The notes beneath the pieces are model-generated. The model made no database searches. It worked only from the letters and a program-made list of their open reading frames with translations, and had not been told where the DNA came from. Below are positions 10,775 through 13,144 of a stretch of 13,144 bases of DNA, in pieces. The stretch spans positions 1 through 13,144 of the forward strand of contig MTSL01000031.1 of assembly GCA_002794465.1 (NCBI GenBank). The letters run 5' to 3'. Both the position numbers and the translations under genes were made by a program. This stretch comes from Paramicrosporidium saccamoebae KSL3 (Eukaryota > Fungi > Cryptomycota). Position 1 is the first letter of the stretch; every line of letters starts with the position of its first letter.

Positions 10775-10916
10775 TCGTTGTCTATTTTTAGCATTTCTTG
10801 AGTCGGTCGGACCAGTGACGAGGGCCGACCAATCGATCCCGACAATAGCCAAGATTTAGTTTCGAGCATAATCCGTCGGAAATATAAGGCGTGTGATCAT
10901 TAGACATGCAACTCAA

Positions 10917-11121
10917 ATGGCAGTGACCACGTCGGACATTTGTAAAGTCATTCTGGCAATCTTTCTGCCACCGGCAGCTGTGCTTTGGGAACGGGGATGC
11001 GGCGCAGATTTTTTAATCAACATTGGCCTGACCATTCTCGGCTATATACCTGGTTCATTTCTACGATCGAGACTAATGGGTAGGAATCATTCATGCGCTT
11101 TACATCATCCTCAAGTATTGA
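10917..11121 (+). CDS. PMP3: Canonical PMP3/UPF0057 proteolipid, 57 aa, exons 10917-11052 and 11084-11121
   Basis: MAVTTSDICKVILAIFLPPAAVLWERGCGADFLINIGLTILGYIP|GIIHALYIILKY*. 31-nt intron with GACTAAT branch site. TATAAG at 10883-10888. Confidence 0.95.
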
Positions 11122-11250
11122 TTGGCGGAAACATAGGGGAGTATGCAATAAACTGGCCTTCTGACTTTACACCAGAACACGACCCGCTTTGGTGACTACG
11201 AGCTTAATGCGTACGATATAAAGTTCCGCCGTATTGGCTTTCGGTGGCTC

Positions 11251-11454
11251 ATGGCAGTGACTTTTACAGACATTTGCAAACTTGCCCTTGCGGTGCTACT
11301 CCCACCGCTCGGAGTATTGGCAGAGCGCGGACTGGGAGTTGATCTGCTCATCAATATTGGCCTTACTTTCTTGGGATTCATTCCGGGTAACTAAATCTAC
11401 CAACGTTAAAATGTAGGGATCATACATGCCGTCTATATTATTGTAAAGTATTAA
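11251..11454 (+). CDS. PMP3: Canonical PMP3/UPF0057 proteolipid, 57 aa, exons 11251-11386 and 11417-11454
   Basis: MAVTFTDICKLALAVLLPPLGVLAERGLGVDLLINIGLTFLGFIP|GIIHAVYIIVKY*. 30-nt intron. TATAAAG at 11217-11223 and AATAAA at 11473-11478. Confidence 0.95.
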
Positions 11455-11505
11455 CACAAAGCAATGGATGAAAATAAAAGTCATGACCAGGGAATTGGCC
11501 TATGC

Positions 11506-13122
11506 ATGTTGAGCCGACGGAGCTTCTGCGATGCCAATGAAGACTTGCTAGTCGTCGGTGGCAGATGCATAGAGCATTGTATGCGTTTGTTGGACAAACT
11601 CTCCAATTCCAAACAACGGGGGGACTTGGCCTTGGTTGTTGACCGGCTCGACCAAGTGTCTAATAATCTGTGTTCTATAATCGACTATTCAGGAGCCGTG
11701 TACCGTCTACATCTAGATCGACGTGCTCGTGATAATGCACTCGCAACGGTTGGAAAGGTTTCAGGCTTGATGGCGCAACTAAATGGTGACATTGGCTTGT
11801 ACAAAACGTTAAAGAAGAGCCTCCTCGCCAACAAAGATGAGCAATTTCTCTGCAAAGAGGGTCAAAAGGTCGGAACATCCCTGCTGGCGGATTTTGAAGA
11901 CTATGGCATCAATCTTTCTCCAGGAGCCCGCAAGACATTTGCTAAATTACAGATTGACATTCAGAACATTGGACACGAATTCGAGGATTCATTACAAGAA
12001 CCTCTGCAGTCGTCAATGGTCAGTTTAAGCCAACTTGTCTGCCGACGAGCCGAGGCGGCAAAACTCCTGGGGCACTCGTCTTATGCACATCTTTTTCTCA
12101 AGGACAAAGTACTGACAGATCCCAAGAACGTTCTTAATTTCCTGAATACCTTTGACAAGCCCCAGAATTCAAATATAGCTGAACATCCAGAAGTCCATTC
12201 TGGGCTTTGCTTTGAGTCTATTCTGAAGGTGCTGGCATATTTGAGTCACAATCTGTTTGAAACGAAATTTGTTGCTAATGCAGAGGGTCTGTGGGGCCAT
12301 GATTCTGTTCGTCTTTGTTTTTCAAGCACTTTGGATGATTCCCCCATGGGAACTGTTTACTTTATTATTTCTCAACGAAACTCAGTGACGTGTCATTTTC
12401 CAATTCGCACCTGGAGAATGCGTCCCGCCGAAAACACAGTATATGGCACCAATGACGTGCAAACTCCGATTTGTGTCGTAACCGTCGAGGTTGCAGATAA
12501 GATGAATTTATCGTTCTCTGAAATACAGAGCATTTTCCATGAATTTGGCCATGCGCTGCATACCATTTGCGCAAAGACTATGTTTCACCATCTTTCTGGA
12601 ACTCGTTGCAAATTAGACTTTGCCGAAGTGCCGTCCAATTTGATGGAGATTATTCTCCAAGACTCGCGAATATTCTCCATCCTGGCACCGACACGGAAAT
12701 TTGTCGAGTCTCACCAGAGATGGGTTGCTGACATTGTTTGCCGGGAGGACAATAACAATTCCAGCCAGGCCCAATTGGCCAAGTTTGATCAATTTGTACA
12801 TGGTCTTTCTCACCGTGATTGCAATTCACCTGAAGTGTTTGCTCATCAGGTTCGGCATTGGTGCTCCAAGAACACGAAAAGCCCCACTGAGAGTTTCAAT
12901 CTGCTGAATCAGGTATGTAAATTTCGACACTTGGTCTCCTACGGCGCTGGATACTACAGCTACTTATTTAATCAACGGATTGCAAAGGATATTTGGAAGC
13001 AGTACCTAGATCCCAACTCGCCGTCATATGAGCCCCAAAGGTTTTTAAAAGATGCCTTAAGGTATGGCGGGACTCGCGACACTAGCGACATTCTAGACAG
13101 TTTAAACATTGAAATAGATTGA
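11506..13122 (+). CDS. OCT1: Mitochondrial intermediate peptidase-like M3 metallopeptidase, shortened (538 aa from 11506; ORF is open from 11464)
   Basis: HEFGHALH (HEFGH at 12538-12552), GTRCKLDFAEVPSNLME, HLVSYGAGYYSYLF and A(K)LLGHSSYA are M3A/MIP features. MLSRRSFC at 11506 resembles a mitochondrial presequence. Confidence 0.8.
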   Translation: MLSRRSFCDANEDLLVVGGRCIEHCMRLLDKLSNSKQRGDLALVVDRLDQVSNNLCSIIDYSGAVYRLHLDRRARDNALATVGKVSGLMAQLNGDIGLYKTLKKSLLANKDEQFLCKEGQKVGTSLLADFEDYGINLSPGARKTFAKLQIDIQNIGHEFEDSLQEPLQSSMVSLSQLVCRRAEAAKLLGHSSYAHLFLKDKVLTDPKNVLNFLNTFDKPQNSNIAEHPEVHSGLCFESILKVLAYLSHNLFETKFVANAEGLWGHDSVRLCFSSTLDDSPMGTVYFIISQRNSVTCHFPIRTWRMRPAENTVYGTNDVQTPICVVTVEVADKMNLSFSEIQSIFHEFGHALHTICAKTMFHHLSGTRCKLDFAEVPSNLMEIILQDSRIFSILAPTRKFVESHQRWVADIVCREDNNNSSQAQLAKFDQFVHGLSHRDCNSPEVFAHQVRHWCSKNTKSPTESFNLLNQVCKFRHLVSYGAGYYSYLFNQRIAKDIWKQYLDPNSPSYEPQRFLKDALRYGGTRDTSDILDSLNIEID

Positions 13123-13144
13123 GATTAGCGTTGTAACAAAGGGG

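Noticed and set aside
10893-11195. 100-aa plus ORF in the track
   Set aside because: Read-through of the 31-nt PMP3 intron; the spliced product is 57 aa.
11464-11505. ATG 11464 as peptidase start
   Set aside because: It lies only 9 nt after the PMP3 stop and spans that gene's AATAAA. MLSRRSF at 11506 is a better presequence-like start.

Overview
Gene-dense eukaryotic DNA with very short GT-AG introns (13 well-supported introns, 29-37 nt) and intergenic gaps often under 150 nt. It looks fungal-like; an early-diverging lineage such as Rozellomycota/short-branch microsporidia is my inference only. Left to right: (1) a tandem array of three alpha-arrestin-like genes (minus strand) built by a ~1874-bp duplication whose non-coding block is more conserved than the adjacent coding sequence; (2) a 5-exon SERCA-type (P2A) Ca2+-ATPase; (3) an orphan single-TM protein and a probable hidden minus-strand gene ending in a (His-Ser)n tract; (4) a cluster of six PMP3/UPF0057 (RCI2-like) proteolipid genes, five sharing the same phase-1 intron and none of those five correctly shown in the ORF track, interrupted by a 4-exon kinetochore NSL1/Mis14 gene; (5) a shortened mitochondrial intermediate peptidase (M3, OCT1-like). 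No rRNA, tRNA, CRISPR or recognisable mobile element was seen. All spliced gene models were assembled by hand from the sequence.
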